Assembly (NCBI GenBank): GCA_031417635.1
Contig: JANOVY010000078.1
Location: forward strand, 16,795-80,794
Direction: 5' to 3'
DNA: 64,000 nt
Source: Bacteroidota bacterium
GTDB taxonomy: Bacteria; Bacteroidota; Bacteroidia; Chitinophagales; Chitinophagaceae
Under the pieces are notes generated by a model. The model was not told the DNA's origin, made no database searches, and saw only the letters and a list, made by a program, of their open reading frames with translations. Position numbers and translations under genes: made by a program. Shown in pieces: positions 30,376 through 41,404 of the stretch. Every line of letters starts with the position of its first letter. Position 1 is the stretch's first letter.

Positions 30376-32406
30376 TTAATAGTCAATTAGTTTTTTTATA
30401 TAATCCCCTAATCGGGACTTAGCCATGAAATTTTTTTCCAATTCAATATTAAAGGGAATGGGTGTATCTAAAGAACCACATCGCAATACTGGTGCATCTA
30501 ACAATTCGAAACAATGTTCACTTATCCAAGCGCTAATTTCGCCGCCAAGCCCACCCATTAAAGTATCTTCATGTAATAGCAATACTTTCCCGGTTTGTGA
30601 AACCGCTTCCTTAATAGCGGGATAATCCAACGGTAATAAAGTTCTCAAATCTAGAATATGCAATGATATTTCCGGATATAGTTCTTGGTATTCTGTAGCC
30701 CAATGTACACCAGCGCCATAAGTAATCACTGAAATATCATCTCCTTTTTTTACTAGTCTTGCTTTACCTATTTCAACTTCATAATAGGTTTCAGGCACCA
30801 ACTCGGATACACTTCTATACAAAGCCTTATGCTCAAAAAATAAAACAGGATTGGGATCATTAATGGCAGCTATCAATAATCCCTTTGCATCGTGGGGTGT
30901 TGATGGATATACTACTTTGAGTCCGGGCACATGTGTAAACCAGGCTTCATTACATTGTGAATGAAACGGGCCTGCGCCTACTCCACCACCTGTGGGCATT
31001 CGAATAACCACATCTGCATTTTGCCCCCACCGATAATGCATCTTGGCTAAATTGTTTACAATTTGATTAAATCCAACAGTCACAAAATCGCCAAACTGCA
31101 TTTCCATTACACTCTTATAGCCTTCCAAACTTAGTCCCAATGCAGTACCCACAATAGCACTTTCACACAAGGGTGTATTTCGAACCCTTTCTTTTCCAAA
31201 TGTTTCTACAAACCCTTCTGTAATTTTAAAAGCTCCGCCATATTCTGCAATATCTTGGCCCATTAAAATCAAATTGGGATGCTGTTGCATGCTTTGGTGA
31301 AGGGCAGATTTGATGGCATCTACTAAGCGTAAGTCTGGAGTTTGGAGTCTGGAGTTTGGAGTTATGATTAGTGAATTTGGTGTATCAATTATTTCTACTC
31401 CAGACTCCAGACTCCTAACTCCTAACTTTTCTGCATATACATCCTCCAATTCTTCGTCCGTATTGGGAATAATTTTTTCTTCTTGTTCGGCTAGTTTTAT
31501 TTCATCTTCAATATGTTTTTTGAACTCATTTCTAATATCAGCCACCTGCATTTCAGAGATAATATTCTCAGAAATTAGAAATTGCTCATAATTTTTAATA
31601 GGATCTTTTCTGCCCCATTCTTCAAACATTTCCTTAGGTACATATTTGGTACCACTGGCTTCTTCATGGCCACGCATCCGAAAGGTGATGCACTCTATCA
31701 AATATGGCTTTTGTTGTTGAATGCAATACGCACGTACGCCTTTAATGGTATCATATACTTCCAATATATTATTACCATCAATGCGAATGCCTTCCATTCC
31801 ATATCCTTTTGCTTTATCTATTAAATGATCACATCGGTATTGTTCATTTACCGGCGTACTTAACCCATAGCCATTATTTTCTATTACAAATATTACCGGC
31901 AAATCCCAAACGGCAGCAACATTCAGGGCCTCATGAAAATCGCCTTCACTGGTTCCGCCATCACCACTATATGCAAGCGATACTTTGTTTTCTTTTCTAA
32001 GTTTATATGCCAATGCTACCCCATCTGCAATGGCCAATTGCGGTCCTAGATGCGAAATCATTCCACAGATATGATGGTCTTTGCTTCCAAAGTGAAAACT
32101 TCTCTCTCTGCCTTTACTATACCCTTCTTTATTACCCTGCCATTGCATAAATAATTTATGCAATGGCATTTGTCGCGAAGTAAATACACCTAAGTTTCTA
32201 TGCAATGGCATTATCCATTCATCTTGTTGTAAAGCCAATGTACTTCCCACAGAAATGGCTTCCTGACCAATTCCACTAAACCATTTACTTATTTTACCTT
32301 GCCTAAGCAATACCAACATTTTTTCTTCAATCATTCGCGGCAAAAGAAGCTGCCTATATAGAAATATGAGTTCTTCGCTTGTAAAATTTTGACGATTGTA
32401 ATGCAT
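30376..32406 (-). CDS. Fused 2-oxoacid dehydrogenase E1 alpha/beta (branched-chain/pyruvate type)
   Basis: GDGGTSEG...NN TPP motif, RMRGHEE, TPLCES, EMQFGDF, FFEHKALY. Confidence 0.9.
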   Translation of the reverse strand: MHYNRQNFTSEELIFLYRQLLLPRMIEEKMLVLLRQGKISKWFSGIGQEAISVGSTLALQQDEWIMPLHRNLGVFTSRQMPLHKLFMQWQGNKEGYSKGRERSFHFGSKDHHICGMISHLGPQLAIADGVALAYKLRKENKVSLAYSGDGGTSEGDFHEALNVAAVWDLPVIFVIENNGYGLSTPVNEQYRCDHLIDKAKGYGMEGIRIDGNNILEVYDTIKGVRAYCIQQQKPYLIECITFRMRGHEEASGTKYVPKEMFEEWGRKDPIKNYEQFLISENIISEMQVADIRNEFKKHIEDEIKLAEQEEKIIPNTDEELEDVYAEKLGVRSLESGVEIIDTPNSLIITPNSRLQTPDLRLVDAIKSALHQSMQQHPNLILMGQDIAEYGGAFKITEGFVETFGKERVRNTPLCESAIVGTALGLSLEGYKSVMEMQFGDFVTVGFNQIVNNLAKMHYRWGQNADVVIRMPTGGGVGAGPFHSQCNEAWFTHVPGLKVVYPSTPHDAKGLLIAAINDPNPVLFFEHKALYRSVSELVPETYYEVEIGKARLVKKGDDISVITYGAGVHWATEYQELYPEISLHILDLRTLLPLDYPAIKEAVSQTGKVLLLHEDTLMGGLGGEISAWISEHCFELLDAPVLRCGSLDTPIPFNIELEKNFMAKSRLGDYIKKLIDY
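31332..31427. repeat. Palindromic heptamer element in frame within the E1 alpha-beta linker
   Basis: AGTCTGG/AGTTTGG x4 ... ACTCCAG x2/ACTCCTA x2; encodes LGVRSLESGV...TPNSRLQTPD. Confidence 0.85.
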
Positions 32407-32576
32407 TTTCCTAAAAAATTTTATTACCGGCTAATGTATGCGCTCCAGAATGAGTGGTGAAAGTTGATCATGAGATGCCGGGCTTCAATTCTGAACATAG
32501 TCCATTTTCTCACAACTCACAACTCAGATCCCACGCTTGACGTTTATCTAAGTTACTTGTATTTAACTTGATTACA

Positions 32577-32611
32577 TAAAAAAGCCACCTACCTAAGGCA
32601 GATGGCTTTTT
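32577..32611 (-). terminator. Intrinsic terminator after the BI-1/YccA gene
   Basis: AAAAAAGCCA..CT..AG.TGGCTTTTT hairpin. Confidence 0.65.
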
Positions 32612-32626
32612 GTGCAATAATAATTT

Positions 32627-33394
32627 CTAATCTTTTCCGCCCAACTTAGTTAATAAACGCAATATCTCAAGATATAACCAAACCAAAGTAATCAGCAATC
32701 CAAACGCTCCATACCACTCCATAAATTTAGGAGCGCCTCTTTCTGCACCTTGTTCAATCATATCAAAATCCAATATAAGGTTCAGTGCTGCTATTGCTAC
32801 AATAAATAAGCTTATTCCGATACTTAATAAACTACTATCGTTCATGAAACTCACATTCACTCCAAATAAATTCAAGACCATGGTCAATAAATAAAAAATA
32901 CCAATGCCTAAAGTGGAGGTGAAAATGACAGATTTAAAACGCTCAGTTGCTTTTATAACCCTGAAATTGTATAAAAGAAACATCGCAATAGCTACGCCAA
33001 AAGTTAACCCCACAGCTTGCATAATAAGACCGGGATATTTTTCAGCGAAAGCTGCATTTAAAATAGCAGAAATACCACCAATAAACAAACCTTCTAATAA
33101 ACCATACAATGGCGCCAAATAAGAAGCCAAATTAGGCTTAAAACTTATGGCAATGGCAGTGATCAATCCACCAAAAATACCTACCATCATTAGGGTAGAC
33201 ACAGTAGCTTGCTTACCTTCTTCAAACATATGCCAGTTGTATGCTGCGCCGGCTATAACCATGATCAATAAAAAACCAAACTTATTGATGGTGCCTCGAA
33301 CACTCATGGTTCCTTGCATATCTGATTCAATACTGAGACCCTTATCAAACATTTTTTGTGTTAATGTTGGATTACCCGATTTAAACATTGCCAT
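32627..33394 (-). CDS. Bax inhibitor-1/YccA family membrane protein
   Basis: SGNP N-terminus, seven hydrophobic segments, LDFDMIE, WLYLEILRLL. Confidence 0.88.
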   Translation of the reverse strand: MAMFKSGNPTLTQKMFDKGLSIESDMQGTMSVRGTINKFGFLLIMVIAGAAYNWHMFEEGKQATVSTLMMVGIFGGLITAIAISFKPNLASYLAPLYGLLEGLFIGGISAILNAAFAEKYPGLIMQAVGLTFGVAIAMFLLYNFRVIKATERFKSVIFTSTLGIGIFYLLTMVLNLFGVNVSFMNDSSLLSIGISLFIVAIAALNLILDFDMIEQGAERGAPKFMEWYGAFGLLITLVWLYLEILRLLTKLGGKD

Positions 33395-33504
33395 ATTTTA
33401 AAATTTAGTAAGTACAAATATATAGAAACTAATAGAGGTTTGGAGGAATGGATGTTTAAGGAATTCTTAAAATTTAAAGAGGTGTATCGGGAGAAATGAA
33501 TCCT

Positions 33505-33567
33505 GAGTGGTGAGACGTCAGTAGTGAGTATTTTTTTAGAGTACTCACGACTGACGTCTCACTACTC
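33505..33567. repeat. Palindromic element GTGAGACGTCAGT.GTGAG (26-bp arms, 2 mismatches), copy 1
   Basis: Near-identical core at 36862-36940. Confidence 0.9.
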
Positions 33568-33584
33568 ACTATAATCCTTTTCAA

Positions 33585-34436
33585 TTATTGCCTATCCAAT
33601 TTCTTCAAACCCGGGTAATGATCTACTGTTTCTAGAATGTAATTAGGATTTGACTTCAATATTCGAATAAATTTTGCTAGAGAGTCAGCATCAGCAGGTC
33701 TTTTAAACATTCTGTCATGTGTGAGAATCACCAAATGATTCTGCAGATGGGTTTCATTCTTGGCAAAAGCACTATCAATTTGATTGGCTAATTGTTGGGG
33801 ACTTTGAACCGGACGTGCCGATTTCTTTTTGAAATTCCATTCTACATCCCACCCAATTAAATTATAACAGGCGCTATCCAATAAATGGGTTAAGGGTAAC
33901 ACCAAACTGTTTGCTTTGATATCATTGTCTCTTAACCAAGCTCTATTTCCCGGTAAACGTCCAATTTTATAAGGCACCTCTAAATATGTTTGTGCTTTTT
34001 CAAAATCAAGTTCGGCCATTGCCGGATGTTCATAAAAAAAATGATAATGGCTATTGGCGTGGGTAAAACTATGATTGGCCAATAATAACTGTGGATAGCT
34101 TTCGCGAATAAGGTTTACTATTTTCTTACCATCGCTTTTTTTGGCTGTATGCAAACCAACCATAAAAAAGCTGGCTTTTATCCCTGCTTGTTTGCAAAGA
34201 TTGTAACAGTCCATGGTGCCATTTTGCGGACCATCATCAAAACTCAGGTATATGTATTTTTTGGAGCTATCATAGAAAAATGGCTGTCTGGCAAATTTAT
34301 CAATTATCCTTCTCAAATGCTTGTAGCTATTCGGCTTTGTGTGTTCTAAACCATGGGAATCGGTACAAGAAACACAAAATCCCATTAAGAGTATCCCAAA
34401 AAGGCTTACAAACAGCTTCTTACTATCACTTTTCAT
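33585..34436 (-). CDS. Polysaccharide deacetylase (CE4) lipoprotein
   Basis: YLSFDDGP, ANHSFTH, RLPG, WDVEW, ILTHDR. Confidence 0.85.
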   Translation of the reverse strand: MKSDSKKLFVSLFGILLMGFCVSCTDSHGLEHTKPNSYKHLRRIIDKFARQPFFYDSSKKYIYLSFDDGPQNGTMDCYNLCKQAGIKASFFMVGLHTAKKSDGKKIVNLIRESYPQLLLANHSFTHANSHYHFFYEHPAMAELDFEKAQTYLEVPYKIGRLPGNRAWLRDNDIKANSLVLPLTHLLDSACYNLIGWDVEWNFKKKSARPVQSPQQLANQIDSAFAKNETHLQNHLVILTHDRMFKRPADADSLAKFIRILKSNPNYILETVDHYPGLKKLDRQ

Positions 34437-34589
34437 CTGTCCCCTACATTTTTTGCAAAGGTACGAATAGAAAAAATGGTGAACAATCGTCATTAAATAA
34501 TTAAATTTTAAATCAGATCAAACATCTCCAAAAAACAGTATTTCTGTTACGTCTGATTAATTACCTTCGCACAATAATTTTTTAAGTCG

Positions 34590-36437
34590 ATGAGTACAAA
34601 AGATGAAGTTTTACAGGACGTAGTAATCAAGTTTGCAGGAGATAGCGGCGATGGAATGCAGCTTACCGGACAACAGTTCACCAATAATACAGCTATGCTG
34701 GGAATTGACCTGGCAACTTTCCCCGACTTTCCGGCAGAAATCAGGGCTCCAATAGGTACCCTGCCGGGTGTGAGTGGTTTTCAATTGCATTTCTCTTCAA
34801 ATAAGGTATTTACCCCCGGAGACATTGCAGATGTTTTGGTGGCCATGAATGCGGCTGCCTTGAAAGTAAACCTTACAGCCATTAAACCCGGCGGCAAAAT
34901 AATCGTAAATATTGAAGGTTTTGATGCTAGAAATTTACGATTGGCTAATTATCCGGAAGGTGTAAATCCATTAGAAGATGGTAGTCTTGACAGTTATGAG
35001 GTAATCAAAATAGATGTAACCAAACTTACTCGTGAGTCATTAAAAGACTTTACTGAATTGGGTAACAAAGAGCGTGATAGAGCAAAGAACATGTTTGTAT
35101 TGGGTTATATTTATTGGATGTACAATAGAAGTTTAGAAAATACCATCGATTTTCTAAAAGAAAAATTTGGCAAAAAAGAATTGATTCTGAATAGTAATAT
35201 CAAAGTATTACAATCCGGTTACAATTATGGCGATACTACAGAAACATTTACCACCCGATATAAAGTAGAAAGAGCAAAAATGAATCCGGGTCTGTACCGT
35301 AGTATTATGGGTAATCAGGCACTTTCTATGGGTTTAATTGCTGCCTCAGAAAAAAGTAATTTACCTATTTTCTTAGGTGCTTACCCTATTACTCCTGCTT
35401 CTGATATATTACACGAATTAAGTAAGTACAAAAGTTTTGGAATCAAAACCTTTCAAGCTGAAGACGAGATTGCCGCAATTGCTGCAGCAATTGGTGCTAG
35501 TTATGGCGGATCATTGGGAATCACGGCTACATCGGGACCCGGAATGGCACTGAAAACAGAAGCAATGGGTCTGGCTGTTATGCTAGAAATACCCCTTGTA
35601 ATTATTAATATTCAACGTGGTGGTCCATCAACCGGTTTGCCAACTAAGACAGAGCAAAGTGATCTAATGCAAGCATATCATGGTAGGAATGGAGAATGTC
35701 CAATGCCAATCATAGCTTCTTCTACGCCAAGTGATTGCTTCGATGTTGCCTATGAGGCTGTGCGGATTTCTGTACAACATATGACACCGGTTATTTTATT
35801 GAGTGACGGTTATATAGCAAACGGAGCAGAGCCTTGGAAGTTTCCTGTTTCTGCAGATTTAGCGCCGATTACTGTAAATTTTAAAGCAGGTCTGGCTGAT
35901 GATGAACCTAAATTTCAACCCTATCGCCGAGACGAAAAACTTGCCCGTCCTTGGGCTATTCCAGGAACACCGGGATTGGAACACCGCATAGGTGGATTGG
36001 AAAAACAAGATGTTACCGGAAATATTAACTATGAACCTGAGAATCACCAACACATGGTGAATGTAAGGCAATCTAAGGTTGATAAAATAGCCGACCATAT
36101 TCCTTTACAAACGATTGATAGTGGTCCTGAAAAAGGTAAAGTATTGGTCATTGGCTGGGGCTCAACTTATGGTGCTATTAAAAGTGCTGTATTACAATTA
36201 CAAGCTGAAGGTCATGCCGTTAGCCATGCACATATCCGTTATCTGCGTCCATTCCCAAGAAATTTAGGGGAAATTATTAAGAATTTTGATCAGGTAATCA
36301 TTCCTGAAATCAATAATGGACAATTAGTAAAAATTATTCGCGATCAATACCTTGTAGATGCAAAACCTTATAATAAAGTAATGGGGATTCCAATTACAAA
36401 AGGTGAATTAATTGATGTGATTAGGAAGATGATATAG
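34590..36437 (+). CDS. korA: 2-oxoacid:ferredoxin oxidoreductase subunit alpha
   Basis: FAGDSGDGMQLTG, AYPITPAS, TATSGPG, QRGGPSTGLPTK. Confidence 0.92.
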   Translation: MSTKDEVLQDVVIKFAGDSGDGMQLTGQQFTNNTAMLGIDLATFPDFPAEIRAPIGTLPGVSGFQLHFSSNKVFTPGDIADVLVAMNAAALKVNLTAIKPGGKIIVNIEGFDARNLRLANYPEGVNPLEDGSLDSYEVIKIDVTKLTRESLKDFTELGNKERDRAKNMFVLGYIYWMYNRSLENTIDFLKEKFGKKELILNSNIKVLQSGYNYGDTTETFTTRYKVERAKMNPGLYRSIMGNQALSMGLIAASEKSNLPIFLGAYPITPASDILHELSKYKSFGIKTFQAEDEIAAIAAAIGASYGGSLGITATSGPGMALKTEAMGLAVMLEIPLVIINIQRGGPSTGLPTKTEQSDLMQAYHGRNGECPMPIIASSTPSDCFDVAYEAVRISVQHMTPVILLSDGYIANGAEPWKFPVSADLAPITVNFKAGLADDEPKFQPYRRDEKLARPWAIPGTPGLEHRIGGLEKQDVTGNINYEPENHQHMVNVRQSKVDKIADHIPLQTIDSGPEKGKVLVIGWGSTYGAIKSAVLQLQAEGHAVSHAHIRYLRPFPRNLGEIIKNFDQVIIPEINNGQLVKIIRDQYLVDAKPYNKVMGIPITKGELIDVIRKMI

Positions 36438-36543
36438 TAGAAGCTGTTAGCTTTTAGACATTAGCTCCCAGTATTTTTAAATATGGGAGTGACCATTTCG
36501 ACTAGCTAGTAGCTTACTTTCTTCATCTCTAAAGCTATCACCC

Positions 36544-36870
36544 TTGAATATTGAACAACTGCGGGAGTTTTGTTTACAGAAACCCGATTCAGAAGAAACC
36601 CTTCCATTTGGGCCGGATACTTTGGTGTATAAAGTAAATGGTAAAGTTTTTTTATTGGCCGGACTAGATAGTCACCCCCTCCAATTTAATGTTAAATGCA
36701 ACCCTGAAAAAGCAGATGAGCTTAGAGAGCATTACCCGCATTGCATTCTGCCCGGCTATCACATGAATAAAAAACATTGGAACACAATTATTATTGACGG
36801 GAGTTTAACAAATAAACAACTGCACGAGTTTATTGATAACTCATACGAATTGGTTAGGAGGAAATCGTGA
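36544..36870 (+). CDS. MmcQ/YjbR family protein
   Basis: PFGPDTLVYKV, NVKCNP, PGYHMNKKHWNTI; TTG start. Confidence 0.88.
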   Translation: MNIEQLREFCLQKPDSEETLPFGPDTLVYKVNGKVFLLAGLDSHPLQFNVKCNPEKADELREHYPHCILPGYHMNKKHWNTIIIDGSLTNKQLHEFIDNSYELVRRKS

Positions 36871-36940
36871 GGTGTGAGGCGTCAGTCGTGAGATTTTATA
36901 GATTCTTTATTCACGACTGACGCCTCACACCTCACGATTT
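36862..36940. repeat. Perfect 30-bp inverted repeat containing the stop codons of both convergent genes, copy 2
   Basis: AAATCGTGAGGTGTGAGGCGTCAGTCGTGA ... exact reverse complement. Confidence 0.92.
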
Positions 36941-37566
36941 ACATGCCTACACCAATCCTTCAACACACACTCTTTACATTTCGGACTACGTGCAAGGCAA
37001 ACATATCTGCCATGCAGGATAAGCCAGTGATGGGCTTTATGAACGAGTTCGGATGGAATATATTTGATTAGCTCTTTTTCTACTGCTAAGGGAGTGGATG
37101 CCTTTTGCGAAACCAGTCCTAATCTTTTACTTACTCTGAAGACATGCGTATCCACAGCCATATTGGGTTGTTGGTCTACAACACTGGTAATTACATTTGC
37201 TGTTTTACGACCAACGCCTGGTAATTGAATCAATTCATCTACCGTCATAGGTACTTCGCCGTCAAATTTTTCGAGCAACATGTTGGCCATGCCAATCAGG
37301 TGTTTTGTTTTATTGTTAGGGTAAGAGATACTCTTGATCAGTGGAAATAATGATTCAAAACTTGCTTTTGCCATTTTTTGAGGAGTGGGATATTTAGCAA
37401 AGATGGCAGGGGTGGTAAGGTTTACCCGCTTATCGGTACATTGAGCAGAAAGGATAACAGCTACTAATAATTGAAATGGATCATCATACAAAAGTTCCGT
37501 TTCTGCATCGGGATTGTTATGCTGAAAATAATTGAGAATATTTTCGTATCGTTGTTTCTTAGTCAT
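36925..37566 (-). CDS. nth: Endonuclease III
   Basis: LSAQCTD, LPGVGRKTANV, AVDTHV, C-x6-C-x2-C-x5-C. Confidence 0.95.
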   Translation of the reverse strand: MTKKQRYENILNYFQHNNPDAETELLYDDPFQLLVAVILSAQCTDKRVNLTTPAIFAKYPTPQKMAKASFESLFPLIKSISYPNNKTKHLIGMANMLLEKFDGEVPMTVDELIQLPGVGRKTANVITSVVDQQPNMAVDTHVFRVSKRLGLVSQKASTPLAVEKELIKYIPSELVHKAHHWLILHGRYVCLARSPKCKECVLKDWCRHVNREV

Positions 37567-37586
37567 TATGGGCTGAAATAAATTAG

Positions 37587-37638
37587 CACAGATTCACAGA
37601 TTACCACTATTGAATCTGTGCTAATCTGTGAATCTGTG
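37587..37638. repeat. Palindromic element (CACAGATT)2 ... (AATCTGTG)3
   Basis: Read directly. Confidence 0.85.
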
Positions 37639-37652
37639 GCAATTAAAATTAT

Positions 37653-38546
37653 CTAAAACTGATGAAAACTATCTCCAATAAATTTTAATGCATCGGTAAT
37701 TCCTGTGCGCCAGTATGTCCAAGTATGCGCTCCATCTCGAACCCGATATTCATGAGGCACCCTTTTTTTAGTTAATGCGATATGTAATAAACAATTGCCC
37801 TCTGTTAAAAAGTCATCATCTCCACAATCTATCCAGTAACGAACTTTTTTTAGCTCATCGGCAGATTTTGTATCTACTATTTTCAATATTGAATTATCGT
37901 ACCAACTTTTATTTAATCTGTCATTGCCTTTCAAGTCGCGACCATAGAGTTGTCCAAACGTATTTTTCCAACTGTTTTCTGGAGAGTTGATAACTGCTTC
38001 ATCATTAAATACTGCCGCACTTAAAGGGGCAGCGGCAGCAAAAAGTTCGGGATGCTTTAAAGAATATATTAAAGTGCCATAGCCACCCATCGATAAACCG
38101 GCCACACCTCTATACTTTTTTTCAGTTTTAATTCGATACGTTTTTTCTATCGAAGGCATAAACTCTTTAATAAAAAAATCTTCGTAATTTTCTTTGCCAT
38201 CATAGGAATTTATGTACCAACTAGAATCTCCATTGGGCATCACAATAATCATTGGAGGAATGATCCCCTCTGCAATGGCTTTATCGGCATATCTATTGAT
38301 TTCTCCAAATTGTAACCAACCTGTATTATCATCTGTATAGCCATGCAAAAGATAAACAACCGGATAAGAACGTTCAGCTGTCCCATAATCGGCGGGTAAA
38401 TAAATAGAATATCTAACATCCCTTCCTAAAATGGAACTTTTGATCATTTTAGTCTCCATTACTTTTCCATTGGATTGAGCTGTAGCGAAAAAGGTAAAAA
38501 CAATGAAGAAAAGTAGGCAAGTAATTTTACTAATAGCTATTTTCAT
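37653..38546 (-). CDS. Putative esterase (alpha/beta hydrolase), secreted
   Basis: LLHGYTD, GLSMGG, DCGDDD, GAHTWTYW. Confidence 0.88.
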   Translation of the reverse strand: MKIAISKITCLLFFIVFTFFATAQSNGKVMETKMIKSSILGRDVRYSIYLPADYGTAERSYPVVYLLHGYTDDNTGWLQFGEINRYADKAIAEGIIPPMIIVMPNGDSSWYINSYDGKENYEDFFIKEFMPSIEKTYRIKTEKKYRGVAGLSMGGYGTLIYSLKHPELFAAAAPLSAAVFNDEAVINSPENSWKNTFGQLYGRDLKGNDRLNKSWYDNSILKIVDTKSADELKKVRYWIDCGDDDFLTEGNCLLHIALTKKRVPHEYRVRDGAHTWTYWRTGITDALKFIGDSFHQF

Positions 38547-38639
38547 GGCAGTAGGTTTAAGGGCGTAAATGTAAAACATTATCGCTTGATTGGTCAGGTC
38601 GCATGAACGTCCAAACCAAGCATAAACTTCTAGTCTGGG

Positions 38640-38861
38640 CTAGTGGCGATTTGCGTATTTCAAAATGGCTTTAATAGATGCTTTAGAAGGAGATTGTAAT
38701 GTTAGTTTGTCTAATTGCTGTATGGTACGACGTAAAATCTGTAACCGATCTTTCAGTTCCAAATCTTCTTCTTCCAAAGCCGCTTCAATGGCTTGGGCTA
38801 TTTTAGGAGAACAATCATTGTATAGGTATAGGATCAGATCCTCTTCTTTAAATTTTTTCAT
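38640..38861 (-). CDS. Small hypothetical protein resembling an anti-sigma N-terminal helix bundle
   Basis: EDLILYLY...AIEAALEEEDLELKDRL pattern; co-oriented downstream of ftsB. Confidence 0.55.
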   Translation of the reverse strand: MKKFKEEDLILYLYNDCSPKIAQAIEAALEEEDLELKDRLQILRRTIQQLDKLTLQSPSKASIKAILKYANRH

Positions 38862-38970
38862 ATCAGAATAACCACTTAATTAACGGGCTACAACGTTTTA
38901 TGTAAACGGTGTTTGCTCATTAATATTGTCATTATTCGCTAAAAGAAAATCCAACGATTTTGAGTGAGAT

Positions 38971-39273
38971 TTATTTCTTTATAACGGCAGAATCTTCAAT
39001 AATATAGATTTCCTCACCCTCTTTTTTCATCAAATAATGCTCTCTGGCAAATTTTTCGAGTGCAGCGGGGTTATTCTGTAGATCGGTGAGTTCTTGTTGG
39101 GTTTTTTCTATTTCCCGCACATAATAACGCTTTTTCGTTTCCAGCTTTTTTAGTTCCTCGCCTCGGTCTCGCTGCTGAAAATAATCTCGTTGATCAAAAA
39201 ATAACATCCACACCACAAAAAAGGCAGAAACTACCAGGTATTTGTTAGTGATGATGTTGGCAAATTTTTTCAT
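38971..39273 (-). CDS. ftsB: FtsB/DivIC septum formation initiator
   Basis: Single TM, coiled coil, LEKFAREHYLMKK.GE; downstream of eno. Confidence 0.8.
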   Translation of the reverse strand: MKKFANIITNKYLVVSAFFVVWMLFFDQRDYFQQRDRGEELKKLETKKRYYVREIEKTQQELTDLQNNPAALEKFAREHYLMKKEGEEIYIIEDSAVIKK

Positions 39274-39484
39274 GGATACAGAATGCTAGGTATTGGCTAC
39301 TGGTTAGTGAATATTATTATTCAATAAAAATAGAGATATTGTAATTCTTGTCAGTAATAAACTAATTAACAGCTGTTAAAAAGTTGTTGGCTATTCAAAA
39401 AAAGCATAAATTCTTCTTTGCAATATTAACTACCTACAAACCATATCCAGAACCCATTATCCAGTATCTAGCATCCAGATCCAT
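39273..39484. repeat. 7-bp-periodic inverted arms (TGGATAC/TGCTAGG ... ATCCAGA/ATCTAGC) flanking the eno-ftsB spacer
   Basis: Degenerate arms at 39273-39307 and 39446-39484. Confidence 0.6.
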
Positions 39485-39489
39485 GCACC

Positions 39490-40797
<1,308 letters not shown>

Positions 40798-40862
40798 TTA
40801 TGATTAATCTATTAAATATTGTGTTTTTGTAAAGAGTCCGCAATTTAAGCATTTGTAGGCTT

Positions 40863-41360
40863 TTATTTTTTGAAATCATCTAATGGACCCCTTGTTTTTC
40901 GCATAAATACCTCATCATAGCCCTTTATGATATAATCTTTTAATATACCAACCGTTTCATAGCCTAGTTTCTGATACAGTTTTTGAGCGCCCGGATTAAA
41001 TGAAGATGCGCATATAAAAACATTAGGAAAACTTTGAAAAATAAGTTCCTCTATATATTTGATGGCAGCTTCACCAATTCCTTTATTTCTAAATTCTTCG
41101 GCTAAAGCGATGACCTGAATATAACCCGTAAAACTGCCTTTCATTTTTATCATGATAAAACCGATGGGGCCTTGGTCATTTTTTAATAGATAAACTTCAC
41201 TGACAGGATCTTGAAGGAGTTTACACCCATCTTCATAATTTCTTTTTAGCGTAATCCAAGGTTCATTGGATGCCATGAGATGGGCGCACCATTGGAGGTC
41301 TTTTGGTTCGTTGGTTTTTTGGATAGAAACCCGAATTGATAAGGTTGGAAGTAACGTCAT
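40863..41360 (-). CDS. GNAT family N-acetyltransferase
   Basis: FRNKGIG motif, AQKLYQKLGY. Confidence 0.85.
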   Translation of the reverse strand: MTLLPTLSIRVSIQKTNEPKDLQWCAHLMASNEPWITLKRNYEDGCKLLQDPVSEVYLLKNDQGPIGFIMIKMKGSFTGYIQVIALAEEFRNKGIGEAAIKYIEELIFQSFPNVFICASSFNPGAQKLYQKLGYETVGILKDYIIKGYDEVFMRKTRGPLDDFKK

Positions 41361-41404
41361 AAAAATTGAGTAATACGAATGTAAATGTATTATCCTATTG
41401 AACA

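Noticed and set aside
38580-38620. SRP RNA (GGTCAGGTC resembles the domain IV start)
   Set aside because: Lacks the GNRA loop and AGCAG half; only a weak hairpin
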